A stretch of DNA of 64,000 nt, from positions 5,146,001 through 5,210,000 of the forward strand of contig JAYWIR010000005.1 in assembly GCA_036172245.1 (NCBI GenBank). Reading direction: 5' to 3'. Position 1 is the stretch's first letter, and each line of letters starts with the position of its first letter. The stretch is from Raillietiella orientalis. Its lineage: Eukaryota. The notes below the pieces were generated by a model that was given only the letters and a program-made list of their open reading frames with translations, was not told where the DNA came from and ran no database searches. Below are positions 13,700-26,000 of this stretch, piece by piece. Both the position numbers and the translations under genes were made by a program.

Positions 13700-14570
13700 C
13701 TATTCATTTGTCATGTGACTCTATTTAAACTTTCGCTTGGGGCAGAATTGTCCAGATGCTCCAAATGAGAAACTGGTCTAAACGAAATTTTCATGATTAC
13801 TTGAAAAGGAAGAAAATCTGATAACAAAAAACAGGCAATCTGAAAGAGCATGAAAAGTTTCCAAGAAGGTGGTGAATTTCCAGAACGCAAAAAACCTTCA
13901 AAAAGAAGAATCTGCATAAACATCCGCATTTGAGGGGAAACACGCAAATAAGTTCAGCTCATATGAGCAAACTGACAATCCCATGAGTTGTCAACTAGCA
14001 GTAAGCGCGCGCGCCTCAGCGGACTTCCTCGTCTGTGATATTGCCCGCGTAAATGAGCAGAGCAGCACAGTTTCAGCCATATTCCAAGATGATAAATCAT
14101 CGTGAAATCAATCAAATGTGGTTTCAGTGGACAATTGATATTGATATCTGAGATATATTGATCTCGAAGACGTGGCAATGTATGTATGAATCAATGTACT
14201 TGAATCATTGATCGCTCTTAGTTAATAAGTCTCCTAGAATGAAAGAGAGAGAGGATTTAGAAGAGTTGGGTGAGTTGATCCGCCCACATTATCAAAATAC
14301 TAGACTTGCTCGATTCCACTTTGTCCTGAGAAAATCCTTAATTATGGTGCAAACAACGGTCAGTTTGATAGAAACTTTTAAACAGACAGCGTTTCCCTTA
14401 TTAATCTATAATTTTCTGGGTTGCCGAAAAAAAAACATGTAAAACTTCTCCTATCCAAAAAAATGGAATGATTTCCCAAAAGCAGTCTTCCCTCTTGAAT
14501 ATTTCGTAAGTAAAAACAATTAATTGGAATTACTTTTGCTGCATTGTGAAACTTCAACACAAACAAAGTG
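13700..14570 (-). mobile_element. Decayed non-LTR (LINE) reverse-transcriptase fragments
   Basis: ORF 13711-13947 reads LFEGFLRSGNSPPSWK...SFRPVSHLEHL, resembling the LINE LFxxxLxxGxxPxxWK...YRPISLL region. ORF 14378-14566 has GNPENYRLI followed by SGQSG. Stops and frameshifts are present. Motif match by eye only. Confidence 0.4.
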
Positions 14571-14699
14571 ATTCAAAGCGAAAGCAATAGATTGGAAAAA
14601 TAAAGGGGAAGGATTTTCATGGAAACCAGTTAGTAAGGGAGGGCATAGGAGGAACTATTACAGCATAGCGATAATAGATCATTGAGCTGTTTCAAAAGT

Positions 14700-16000
14700 A
14701 AGCTTCCACATTGCAAATGATTTTCTATCTATCCGAGCAGAAGAATTTCATTTAGAGCTGCAGCAACAGCTTCTTAACGAAACAAAGAACGGAAAATTAG
14801 TAACCAGCTAATGGCATTGGATTCTATTGATTCAAAGGTAGTAAGTTTGCGTACTCCTTCAGAAAACTTGAGAATGAGATTGCAAACATTTTGTTTTGAG
14901 GGATCAACATTGAATCAGATCAAAAAGAGACTCATTCTCAAAACAAAGATAGGCAACCGTGCATTCAATAGGTATCCATCTTTTTTGAACATCGAGGTAT
15001 CGCATCATCAAGAATGTAAGATGCACAAGTTTTTCTTGGATTCCAATTTTTTTCAATATTCCATATCTGACATGGCACATTGTCTGTTACATAGATAAGT
15101 ACGATGCTTAGTGACGATCAGGGTTCATCACTAACAAGTATCTAAAGTGCTAATATCTTCATGGAAGCAAGCTTCTACGGATCTGGAAAGTGTGGATGTA
15201 TCTTGCAAAGCTATTTCGAAATGACTCTTGAGAACATGAAATTCTGCACCAAGTTTTTTCGTGTTCAGGTGTTCTCAACAGTGTTCGTGTATCTCCTCAA
15301 TAAGTCGAAAACGTATTTCGGAGCGATAGGTTTGAATAACGAAAAAGAGATGAACATCTTGCAGTTAATAAGGGGAAGAACCGTCAACTATATGCCATGC
15401 AAGGATCGACCAGAAGCGATGCAAATCGTACCTGGAAGAAAGAAAAATTTCACTATTTACACAGTGTACAGTGTTCAAACGCACATGATCACATCCGACA
15501 CCGTTTCTTTCCTCATAATTTCTACATCCAACGAGCAAAAATGCCGAGAAAATAATTACCATTTTCCACTTGAATGAACATATGAAATCAATCAAAATTT
15601 CTTCCTGAGGTAAACCACATCGTTCTTTAAAATGCCGGAAGCCTGTTTTTGCAGGTCTATAATAATGTAATACGTGGCGGTAATTCATTGTATGATATCA
15701 TGACTTTGAAGAAGTTACCGAGACAAGAAGCATCGTTTCCAAGGACACTTGAGATTCTCCTCACAAATGGAGGTGCATGAACATCTCAGGAAAAAGATTC
15801 GTTGATGATGCTTCCTAATGGTTCCGGGATGAACTGATTTTTCTGATGCGTTTCATGGGAAAGCGGCATTCATGATGAGGAAGCGGAATCAAGCTGAGTC
15901 TCACGGAAATTACTTGAAAATTACTTTGGGCGCGATTTCTAATTGTGACTGAAACCTCAACATGTCTCGACGGACCCAAGTCATCGAGCGATGACGCAGG
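14700..16000 (+). mobile_element. Decayed non-LTR (LINE) reverse-transcriptase fragments
   Basis: HIANDFLSIRAEE..LQQQL (FADD-like), QTFCFEGSTL...KIGNRAFNRY (FxYLGS...RIxxGxxAF-like), and near 15830 TDFSDAFH...GNYLKI (DFSKAFD-like). Interrupted by stops; by eye only. Confidence 0.35.
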
Positions 16001-16097
16001 AAGTAAATCTTATGATGGTTTTTTTTATCGACATGGTCTCTCGACTTGCAGCATCCCATCGGAATTTTCGAAACCCAACTTCATTTTCTTTTCTTTT

Positions 16098-16099
<2 letters not shown>

Positions 16100-16132
<33 letters not shown>
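16100..16132. repeat. Poly-T tract (about 33 nt)
   Basis: Uninterrupted T run, preceded by TTTTC units and followed by ACAG. Confidence 0.9.
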
Positions 16133-16135
<3 letters not shown>

Positions 16136-19100
16136 GTGCTCACCCGAATTTCTTTGCTTCCCATGTCCTGCGTCGCCAGTGATTCGAGCGATCCAAAAAA
16201 CATCAATCAATCATGCGGAAGACATACCGTGATGCAAAATATCAACAGATATGCAAATCCATCTTCATGATTTTTATTACTTCATCCTCTCTTGTTTGAT
16301 TTGGTATTTAGAGGAAGTTGGCATTTGGTCTCTGCTGACCTCTAAGTTCCGGTTTTTGTTTCTTCGTCTGCACTGAACCGAAGATCACTGAGGATGCGAA
16401 CTGAACAGGGATCAGGAATTTGCCTGTAGAAATCAGCGAATATGACTTACCCGTTAATTTTCAGTATTTTTTATAAAACTGTTATTTTCTGTAAATCTAA
16501 TTCATGGTTTCTACGTAATCGAGAAAACAACTTTGACATCATGTTTTATGCAGAAAGCAAGGTTAAACATTGTATCTGTCCATTTCTCTTCCTTTAATCT
16601 GTTTTTTTTTTTCCTCGCCAAAAGTTTGCTTAGGCTCATGCTGATTCCTAAAGTCTCTGTAAATTAGAAATGCGTAACATTTTTTGCGTCCTAATGCTTC
16701 TGCTTCCAAACTGCGCACTTAGCTGGATTTTCTCTCCTGAAGCACGAGGCCATCAAGGAGATAGATTCCTTTGGACCCAGGATGCAATGGAAGGATAAGA
16801 TTCTCCGAAGACCCCGCTATAATTAAAACAGTCTTCCCTGACATCATTCCCGTTGCACATTCGTTTGCACGACGGCTCATGGGAGTGCATATATGGGTTC
16901 TGCTGTTATTACTGATGTCTAGTCCGAACCAGTCACGTGTTCAATCCAGAAAAGCAGGATATCTGCATTAAATTGACTTCAGACTAGCAGTATTAATATT
17001 CACGTCAAAGAATAGCTAGCCCCAACTCTCTGAATTGAAGTAGAATGTTATATTGCATACAGTGGTGTTGCATCAACACTTTTGGTGTTGCATCTCCGTT
17101 TAAGAAACGTACTGCGGCCACAATTTTATACACAACGAATGCCATGTTTTTTTAATGCTTAAAGTTTCTTTTTCTTTTTTCATGTTGTATGGATGCTCGC
17201 CAATCTCATTAGTCTTGCGATTAGCTGAGGTAGTAAGATTTATATTAGTGCTCCTTATAGTAATTAGGTGAATTACAAAAAGTAAAAAAAAATTCTGGGC
17301 CATACGCCCACACAAGCATGGAGAGTCGCTGATCCTATATATTAATATGCACCTAGACTTTTACATAAGCTAGATAATTTCAATGTATTATGGAATGCAG
17401 AAACCCACTGGTTTCGCTTTCTGAGACTGCAACGAGATTGCTGCATCTGTGGCGTTTGGTTGAAACCATTGCACTAGGGGAAAATTTCAGAGCCAACTAG
17501 TAGATTGCAAACTCTGTAGGACTGACGAATCTACAGACAATAAATGATACTGAAATCAAATAAATCTGACAAAAATTATGCATTCGCGTGAAAACCAATT
17601 TCCGCTTTACTTTTTAATACATTCCTTTCACAGAAGTTTACATTCTCATCCCTCTGTTTTCTTGCGAGTATGCCATCCTAACAGCTGTAATCCAAGTATT
17701 TCCTCAGACTGACGATGGTAGCACTGAATTTCAGGAGTAAGAAGGGAGAGGCTGGAATCCTGCTGATGGAGTTCTCACTTTCACAGCCCTCCACAGGGAA
17801 TGTTAATCGTAACCTCTTTAAAGGAAACAACTGCTCCTACGCCCTCTTCTCTAAAAGTTCAACTGAGGTACAGGGAAATTAACGGAGGTAACTGACGTAA
17901 GGAATCCTCAGCCGCATCAATTACACAGTTGCTAGTATGAAACTCCTGGAATTATGATCCTGGTAAATTAAAATCACTTGTGATTTGCCTCTGAGATTAA
18001 TTTGTGTTCTGGGAATCTTACTGAAAGAGAAGCACGGATTGCTGTAACGTTAACAGGGGAATGAGTCCTATGCTGGACAACTTCAACGATTTCAAAACAA
18101 CGTCGTAAAATGCAATTATCTTATCATGATTATTTGTCCACTTTGTCTAAATAAATGTGATAGATATAGAGAGCACAAACTAGTGATGCGGAGAGTTTGC
18201 AGCTGTACCAGCGCGCGCGGAAGAACTCGAATCGCTCACCACCAGGAAAAGCGGAGGATGCTCATGCGTCAAACGAAACGATCAACACCTCAGAAATGTA
18301 GATGATTCGTGCACCCCGAGCCACCGAAGTCATGGGGTTCATTACATGCAGATCGGGGATGCCGAACCTGATCTCTGGAAGACCTGACCTACCACAGAAA
18401 TTTTAACGTTGCATGAGGACATAAACGGGTAATCAGGGAACCGAACAGCAATCCCTCTAGAATGAACCTCAAAGCAATCGTGACAAAATGAGCAAACCCA
18501 GCGCTGTTTGAATATTTCGAATTCATTCGGTTTGAAATAGTGAAAAGCAAGTCATGGAAATCCATTTCAAGTACAGCATAGTTGCAGGAACGAAACGCGG
18601 TTTCAAATGAACTTTCTAGTCTACACTGCAGGAAGTTGCATTTGAATGCAACCACGACCCTACCGTTGATGAACTAGGAGTAGGGTATAACATCTTTTTT
18701 ATAAGGGGGGGGAAAAAAAAAAGGACAAGTTGGTGATTTTTCAACCATTTCATGATTCGAAGATCATGAAATGGTTGAAATGTTATGAGAATTATTGGGC
18801 AAAAACCTACCCTCCTTCTAGGTATGCGTTCTTTTTCTTTCAGGAACTCTGGTGCATCCTTACCACAATGAACTTGAAGATTTATCTCACTTCTAAAAAA
18901 TCGATAGACATATCGCGCGCAGCGTTCCTGAAGATTCTTGGACGAGTACCCTGAAAAGCCCCCAGTGGAGCAGTTTCCATGCCCTATGTGGTTTTGTAGA
19001 CTCCGCCATTGTTTACGAGTTCTATCGCTCCACTCTATTTTCCTCTATTTTCTAAGCGTTGAACGGAACGAAACATGCTCGACTTAGAGTAGGCAAGTTG

Positions 19101-20112
19101 GAAGCGAAGTCATGGAGAATGAAGATGAAAAAAAACAACAAAGGTACGGTGAAAATGTTTGCATTTTTCTTTCCTGATAATGAAAGCGATGCCTCTGACG
19201 TTTCTTTGCGTTAGCTCCTTAACTTCTTTTCCGAGGGTATCGGAAGTGCATTTAGCCGAAAGAGGGTGGAAAAAGGTGAATCTTTCGAAATCCTAGGAGA
19301 CTGCGCGAGAACGAAAATGCCCGACATTGCATTGCAGTGAGACTGCGATACTCATCGAATCAAAGGATTTGCTGATCCGCGTTTTCTGCATGCTTAGCTT
19401 TGTCGTGTCAGAATTTTGGCATCATCTACATGCAATAGGTGCAGCCATCCATAGCGTGCTCGGGGGTTCATTGGGAAACGGCACGCAGTCGCCGATAGCA
19501 AGTGATCTCCTCAGTGTGCTTTTTCAAGGCAGCGTTTCCCTTCCCGTGTCCTAAGGAGCCCTTTGCTCCTTTCCTAATGAATTTAGCCTCAGGTTTTCCC
19601 GTCCGGGTGAAGCAATCACCACGGCCCTTCCTGCTGCCTCACCTCGTGCCCCATCTGTGAGGAATCATCGGCGCTCGCGTCTGAATCTCCTGACCTCCTT
19701 TGGCGTGCTTCTCAGCCAGGCTTTTCAGTGGACGGTGGACACAGAAGGTGCATGCAAGCATAAGCATTGCTCTCTCCGACCGTCTCTTTCCTGAACTGCC
19801 GATCTGGAACTCGAGTGAGAGGCTTCATCCCGTGTTGATTCTCAAGGAATCAATCCAACATTGTCACGATGCAGCGTCCTCTCCATTTCTTTGGACCAAA
19901 GCATCGTATCCCTCGTTTCCTTTTCTTGCTGAGATTTCATCCCAAACTGAACAGAGGGAATATGCCAACGTTCTTCCCTCCTCGTAAGGGGCTAGGAGCC
20001 CCATTTCGTCTCCATCCATCACTTGCTTTTAATTTGCATTCATTTGCTTATCGTTGGTTTTCTTTCCAGAAATTACTGTTTCTATCCAACTTCTCGTGTA
20101 TATATGATTGCA

Positions 20113-20212
20113 CCTATTTATCTTTCTATATCCATCTATCCATTTATCTATCTACATATATAGATAGATAGATAGGTATAGATATCGATATATGTAGGTA
20201 GGTAGATAGATA
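20113..20212. repeat. Degenerate (TATC)n / (GATA)n microsatellite in head-to-head arrangement
   Basis: TATC/CATC-like units up to about 20154, then TAGA/TAGG units from 20161. Confidence 0.75.
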
Positions 20213-20231
20213 CAGATTTATGTATGTATAA

Positions 20232-20429
20232 GCAAATCTTGATGACGCACTCTTTATAATAAAACCTAACTTGGCAGTGTCGTACTCATTCGGGTCACTT
20301 CACTTACCTTTATATCTATGTATATGTGCACTTTCATGCTAATAAAGTAAAGGCTAATTAGGTGACCCGAATAAGTACGACGCAGCTAAATGAGGTTTTA
20401 TTATGAAGAGTGCATCATCAAGATGTTGC
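20232..20429. mobile_element. MITE-like fold-back element with ~80 bp imperfect inverted arms
   Basis: Left arm gcaaatcttgatgacgcactctttataataaaacctaacttggcagtgtcgtactcattcgggtcac versus reverse complement of right arm gcaacatcttgatgatgcactcttcataataaaacctcatttagctgcgtcgtacttattcgggtcac. Core 20279-20298 / 20362-20381 differs at one base. The MITE origin is inferred. Confidence 0.7.
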
Positions 20430-21180
20430 CCATTAGCGTGCGAGCGTTCCACGCTTTGAGTGATTTCACAGTTCATATGGATTCCGTTTGGAAAAATTTA
20501 TTTGGCACAATCGCTGACTGGCATGTGCAGCATGCATTCTTCGGAGTTCACCGCCGTTCACCTCTCTCTAGGGCGTATCTGTTTGGAAGAAACGCACTGC
20601 CACCATCGGCATTCCTCACAACCTATGAGCCTGCTTTTGCTGAGGGATTTGGTGCATCACGAATGCATGCGGTCATCTCCCTTAAAGATGCCACTCCAAA
20701 TGCTCCAAAAACCCTTTATTGGAAACACCCGTTTCCGGTCCAAGTGAGGGCTGATTTCCGAGGAAGTCAAGATACGCTGTACGGTTTTCGACCAGGAAAA
20801 ATGAGAGAGTTACTTTCAAAGAAACTAACACGAGTTCCAGAGCGTTCCATGCTTGAGAAGTTGGTGGGTTGGCACTTGAATGAGTGGCGAGTAAATTACC
20901 AATTAACAAATGAGGAACAACCCATTTGAATTGCGGGGCGTTGTCCTGATGCAGTCAACCCGGACCTCTTGAGAGATAATCCTCTTCGTGCTCCACAACT
21001 CCATCAACGCCTATACGAAACGCCCTTTCTTGTGATTCGTTTGCAATCGAAAGATTCCGGATTTTACAGAGCGGAAGAGTCAGCGTCAGAAGAGAAGATA
21101 ATGTGGAGCTAATGGCTTTAAAAGAAGTTTTCTTCGGTTGATTGCATTTTTGCTGGGTTGCATTCCACTCCGTTTCGCCT
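20430..21180 (+). mobile_element. Decayed Ty3/gypsy LTR-retrotransposon pol fragment (protease end to RT start)
   Basis: ORF 20390-20929: KNLFGTIADW (NLFGxDW-like), then YEPAFAEGFG...AVISLKDATP...PFP (the usual protease-RT linker), then NEW...PI*IAGRCPDAVNPDLLRDNPL (SEW...IRICGDYKxTVNPxLxxDxYPL-like). By eye only. Confidence 0.5.
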
Positions 21181-23081
21181 CAGCCACACTGAGCACATGA
21201 AAACAGCAGTAAAGCGATGAAGGAGATAGGAGTCACATCTGCTTGCTGCACCGTAATTTGAGGACTAAAAATCGGAAAGAGCTGCTGTATCTAGCTTTAG
21301 ATTCCGAAACCGAATCGATGAACAGCATGCAGCAGCATGCATGCAGTTTCTAGCCAAAAGGCTCTCCCAGAAAGCACGCTGACCAAAATCTTTCTACCGC
21401 AGTTAGCTGTAGATAATGGGGATTCAAGATTCATTCGATATGCACAGCCTTGTTATGGAAAAGGTGCCTCTTTGACAAGGAATGAATAATTCGCAGAAAG
21501 CAGTGATCGTGCCTTTGATAACCGAGTGAAAGTTCCCTAAGGAGCTGGAAGCATTTTTCGGGAGACGTATGCAGTCAACTCTGGATCACGCACACGGATT
21601 CCACAAGCGTATTCAGCCGTAATGGGAGGTTACCCAATGAATAAGAATTGTTTTATACGTGATTATTGCAAGATAATAGATGGAGTCCGTATTTCTAACG
21701 GAGACTTTTTTTTTTTTTTTTAATGGCTCCTTCTGAAGGAATAAATTTTCGATGCCGCATCATGTTGTCCCTTACTGTCCTCACGTGAAAGCACCCGCTC
21801 CTTCGGACTTACGTACGTTATTAGAGCTAAATTTGCTAAAGGATCCCTGCAGCGACCACGTCAACAAACATTGACTTTCGAAAATGAGTGCATTTACATT
21901 GCTTCATAGGTGCCTGGTTTCTAGATATCTGAAATTCCTGCAGCCCCTTCTCCCCTGTTTTTCTGGATGCCGAAAAGGATTGAGCGGGATAGAGAAATCC
22001 TCAGTTCATAAATGTCTAAAGACGTAGCATTTGCAGTGAGGATCCATCCACTCGACTTTTATGTCTTTTAGGTCAAGTTGAAGGGTTTGAATCACCGTGA
22101 CACTTCAGTTACAGTACCTGGTCTCTTACCGTACTTTTGGAATCGCGAACTTGTGAATTCTCAAAGAGCAATTCTTCTGAATTCTCAGTGATTCTGATAG
22201 ATAAAGATATTCTCAACATACTTTAACACATGGCTCGTATTCTTGATATGCATTCTCAGTAAGTATTAGTTCTTAATATTTACATGTGTTTGACATTTTG
22301 CTGAAGCCTGCACAGTGACTTCCCGGGTAAGCAAAAAGAGAAAGGAAGAAACAAAGCATTCGCACCCATGCTAGGGATTTCGTAGTTCGTCAGTTTCTAG
22401 CTATTGGTCAGAAGGTGCATGCAAGTTCACTCCTATTCGGATTTTTGCACATAAATCTCCTTCCAACACTGCTCCACGTGCCTCCCAGTGTTGCACACGT
22501 TGCCGTGTTTCGTGCTCTCATCTTGCAGCCTTGGAATCTGCACTTTTTTCCCTTTTTTCTGGTGACATTTCAGATCTTCTTCATCTTTTATTAGGAGCAG
22601 CTTAAGCAGACTTCAGTCCTAGTGGTGAAGCAGTTGAAATAAAAAGTTCATACTTGCCTGCATCTCATCAATCTTTTGAGAACAAGCATGAGAAAGACCA
22701 TTCGCTTTTCCGGATTTTGATTCTTCCTCTGCTTCGATTCCTGTTCCACAGATGCTCGGCCTTCAACACCTCTTGCTGAAGTCTCCTCAGGCTGGTGTAG
22801 ATGTAGGTAGCAGAGAGAGGGCTCTCCACCGTTTCCACCTGCTTGCTACTTGGTGTGCTTCTCTGTTTTCTTTTTTTCCGGCGTGACCCTTGTGCAGCAG
22901 CACCTCGAAACTGGGTGAAGCTCTTCGGAAACATCTTCGCATCAGCGAAAGTCCGCCGCCGCTCCTCCTTCTGGACTTGCGTTCCGTTTCCCGACGAGAG
23001 AGCGCGAATGTCGAGAATCGTTTCGATTCCGGTGACCACTAGGGCTTCAGCCCCGGTAACCTTTGGATGTAGCGATTTCAG

Positions 23082-26000
23082 GAAGCATCTCCCGTCGCCC
23101 ATGATGAGCAAATGCGAAACGAGGTTGTGGAGCATCCTCAAGAATAACATAGGCAAAGAGCTGAGCCGGATCACGATACCGGTGATCTTCAACGAACCAA
23201 TAAGCTTCCTCCAGCGGCTGACAGAGTGCATGGAGTACCAGCAACTTATAGATATGGCGTCGAAGGAAGCCAACCCCCTGAGAAGGATGGAGGTACTCTT
23301 CCTTTTTCACGTTGTTGTTGCGTTGCGAGGTAATGCGTTGATTGGGAACCGCTCTTCAAAGACTTTGCGGATTTCCCATGGAAACGAAATGTCTCTGGTG
23401 CATGGATCTTGTCTGGAGAGGGAGAATTAGAAGTCCATTACTTCCGCTGAACCAACACTTTCCTATGCATGAATCTCTGAGCTTACGATCGCGGCATTCG
23501 GAAGCACGGTCTCTAACGACTAGTGACCAGACGGACGCACTCTTAGGTCTCCCTCGTAACTCTGTCCTCTGCTGCAAGCATCCAGCACGGCTACCCATGA
23601 TCCGCCTGATTGGTGGTTCCTATCTGAACGCTGCGAATGTCAAGTGCCGTCGTTAGTGAGTTTCAGGTCGCCACCAGGGGTTCAAGAGCGTTGTGTTAGG
23701 CGATGAATCTGCCGAGCCTCCGGAACCTCCTTCCGCACCAAGAGACCGTCACCAGAAGTTGGCTCGTGAGGGGAGAGAGAGCCTCCGAGGTGGGTCGCCC
23801 CGCTGCTGCTCACGAATAGCTGTGCGTTCGATGCGCGATCCGTTTTGAGGCTGGACGCTCAGCCTGGTCACTCTGACAGGCAGTCACACCGTGTGTGCTT
23901 CTCTTGGAGTGGCGCAGCCTCTGCTCCCGTACGCTCGCGAGGTCACAGGCGACCTTCGGCCCTGTGCTGTCGTGGGGAAAAGCTGCGAACGAGCAGCCAT
24001 GCAGAAGACCAGAGGATTTGCACCTTGGCTGGAGACCAGTTCTTGAGTTCCCTCCAATGTAGGGTGCTCGTTCCTTCACAGTCTGCTGTTTCCCTTGCGG
24101 TTGTTAAAGCAAGACGGAAGGAAATGTTGATTCCCTCCTTTTCCCCGTCCCCCCCCCCCCCATTTTTTTTTTTTTTTCTGCTGTGGGGACTGCATTCCTG
24201 TGAACTTTTGGTCTGCCCATTACGAGCTCCTAGAACTTCCTCGTTTTAAGGCAGGAGCAGCTGACCATACGCTTTCCTCAACCACCACGGACATCTGCTT
24301 GTCCGAAATCTCCACATTCCTGCACGAGCGTAGGGACTTTTGCGACATCAGCCTAAGGAGTGGACCCGGTAAACTGGGGCAAACACCGGATCGTCAAGAC
24401 AGTGGTCCCCAAATCGTTACCTTCGGGGAGCTGCGAATTCTCATACCTGGGAACTAGCAGACTCGGAAAAGAGTGGCATCCCTGCACTGCTAGTGAGATC
24501 GGATATTCTGAGGAAAAAAACCTGAAGCTCCAGGCAGGATGGAGATCACGATGGGTACCGCCAGAGAAATGCCGTATTGTCATCTACCTCGGAGGAAAGG
24601 TGCAAAATGTAGAAAAGAAAGGTCGAGAAAAAAACGCCTGATGAGAGACGAAAACGCCTCTAGAAAAACTCGTGCTGCCCTTAACTGTGCACAGACGCTG
24701 GCTGTTCTCGGAGTCCAGGTGCGACCAAAGTATTCTTCGATTTATGTTCTTCAATCTCCCGAGAGCTGACATGGCAACCTTCCGGTGTGCTGTGGAGTAA
24801 TTGCAAGTAGGGAAAGCTGAGTCCGGGAGGTAAGGGAACGAAAGAAGCCAGGCGCTGGAAAATGAGTAAGCAGCGGTCACGGCCTTTTTCGATATTCTTC
24901 CATACCCAGAGTAGGCAGCACTGACAAACGCGAAGGATTTTCCCTCGCTTTCTTGCAGCTGGAACTACGACGCTGTTCTGTGAAGCTGTTTCGGGAAAAT
25001 CTTTCTTCTTGCAGCAGAATTCTGAACGTTAGTCCATTGGGTGTTCTTTCTCATCCAGGAATTCAGGACCTGACTGTGCGGTGCGTTGCCAACGTTTTCC
25101 GCATACCTTCGCATCACATTCCTCATTGGTGCCGCTTCTTGTTTCTTTGTCTTAGGCATACAAGAAATGATTTCCTTCTTTTCCTGGTTTCAAGAACAGA
25201 CAATTCGAGTCGATCATTCCGAGGCAACGACCCCCCAGATTGCTGTTTCTATAGATTTTCCCTGTATTTACGAATCGCATCCTACTGCAGCTCTCGCCCT
25301 CCCTTCGCGTTACCACCCAACAGGCAAGGCCCAGCTCTCGAGGTCGCTGGTGGTTTCGGAAGTTGATCGTTGTCCACAGACATTCAATAATGACCTGAAT
25401 GCAAGCAGTAATCAGGATTCGAAGAACACAGCAGGAACGCATGTCTTTTACAGGGAGAGCCGAATCGCGGGGGAGGTTGAATCAGCAGTTGCAGGTCTGC
25501 AACTGCTGATTCAACACTACCTGACACAGCCTGACTACACCCTGATAGAGGTGCGAGTAGGCGGGGAACACGCGATGTACTCGGCATGATCTCCCATGGA
25601 AAGACGGACTTTAGGTTCCCTTGGGGAGAGGGAACCTTAAGCCTTGATTGCAATAACTTCCTCGGTGTCACAGAGGATCGGCTCTTGTTGAGAAACTGTT
25701 CCTGATTCTTGCGTGAAGTGTTCTGGTTTTTCTTATCTCCGCTTTCGTCAATTCTGAGTTTTCTTTCTCTCCTGCTGCGTCGATTTCGTTTCCTCATTAG
25801 CGAGAGCGTGGTTGCTCTTGTTAATTTTCAGCTTCGTAACTCGGAGCATGAACTGGCACGGAGGAGGAAAATTCTTGGAGGCAAAGGGATGTGCTAAAGA
25901 TCGAATCCCCGGCAAAAGGGTTCGATCCTTGAGGGCTTCGACGATACATCCCGCAAAAAGCTTGAATCGTCCTTCTGCACTGGCGGACCGAGTGATCGTG

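Noticed and set aside
15795..15902. C/D-box snoRNA-like layout (TGATGA...CTGA...ATGATGA...CTGA)
   Set aside because: The C box lacks the leading purine, I could not match a guide to a known methylation site, and the same bases translate as a DFSxAF RT-like fossil.
25900..25945. tRNA B-box-like GGTTCGATCC
   Set aside because: No cloverleaf, acceptor stem or A box around it.
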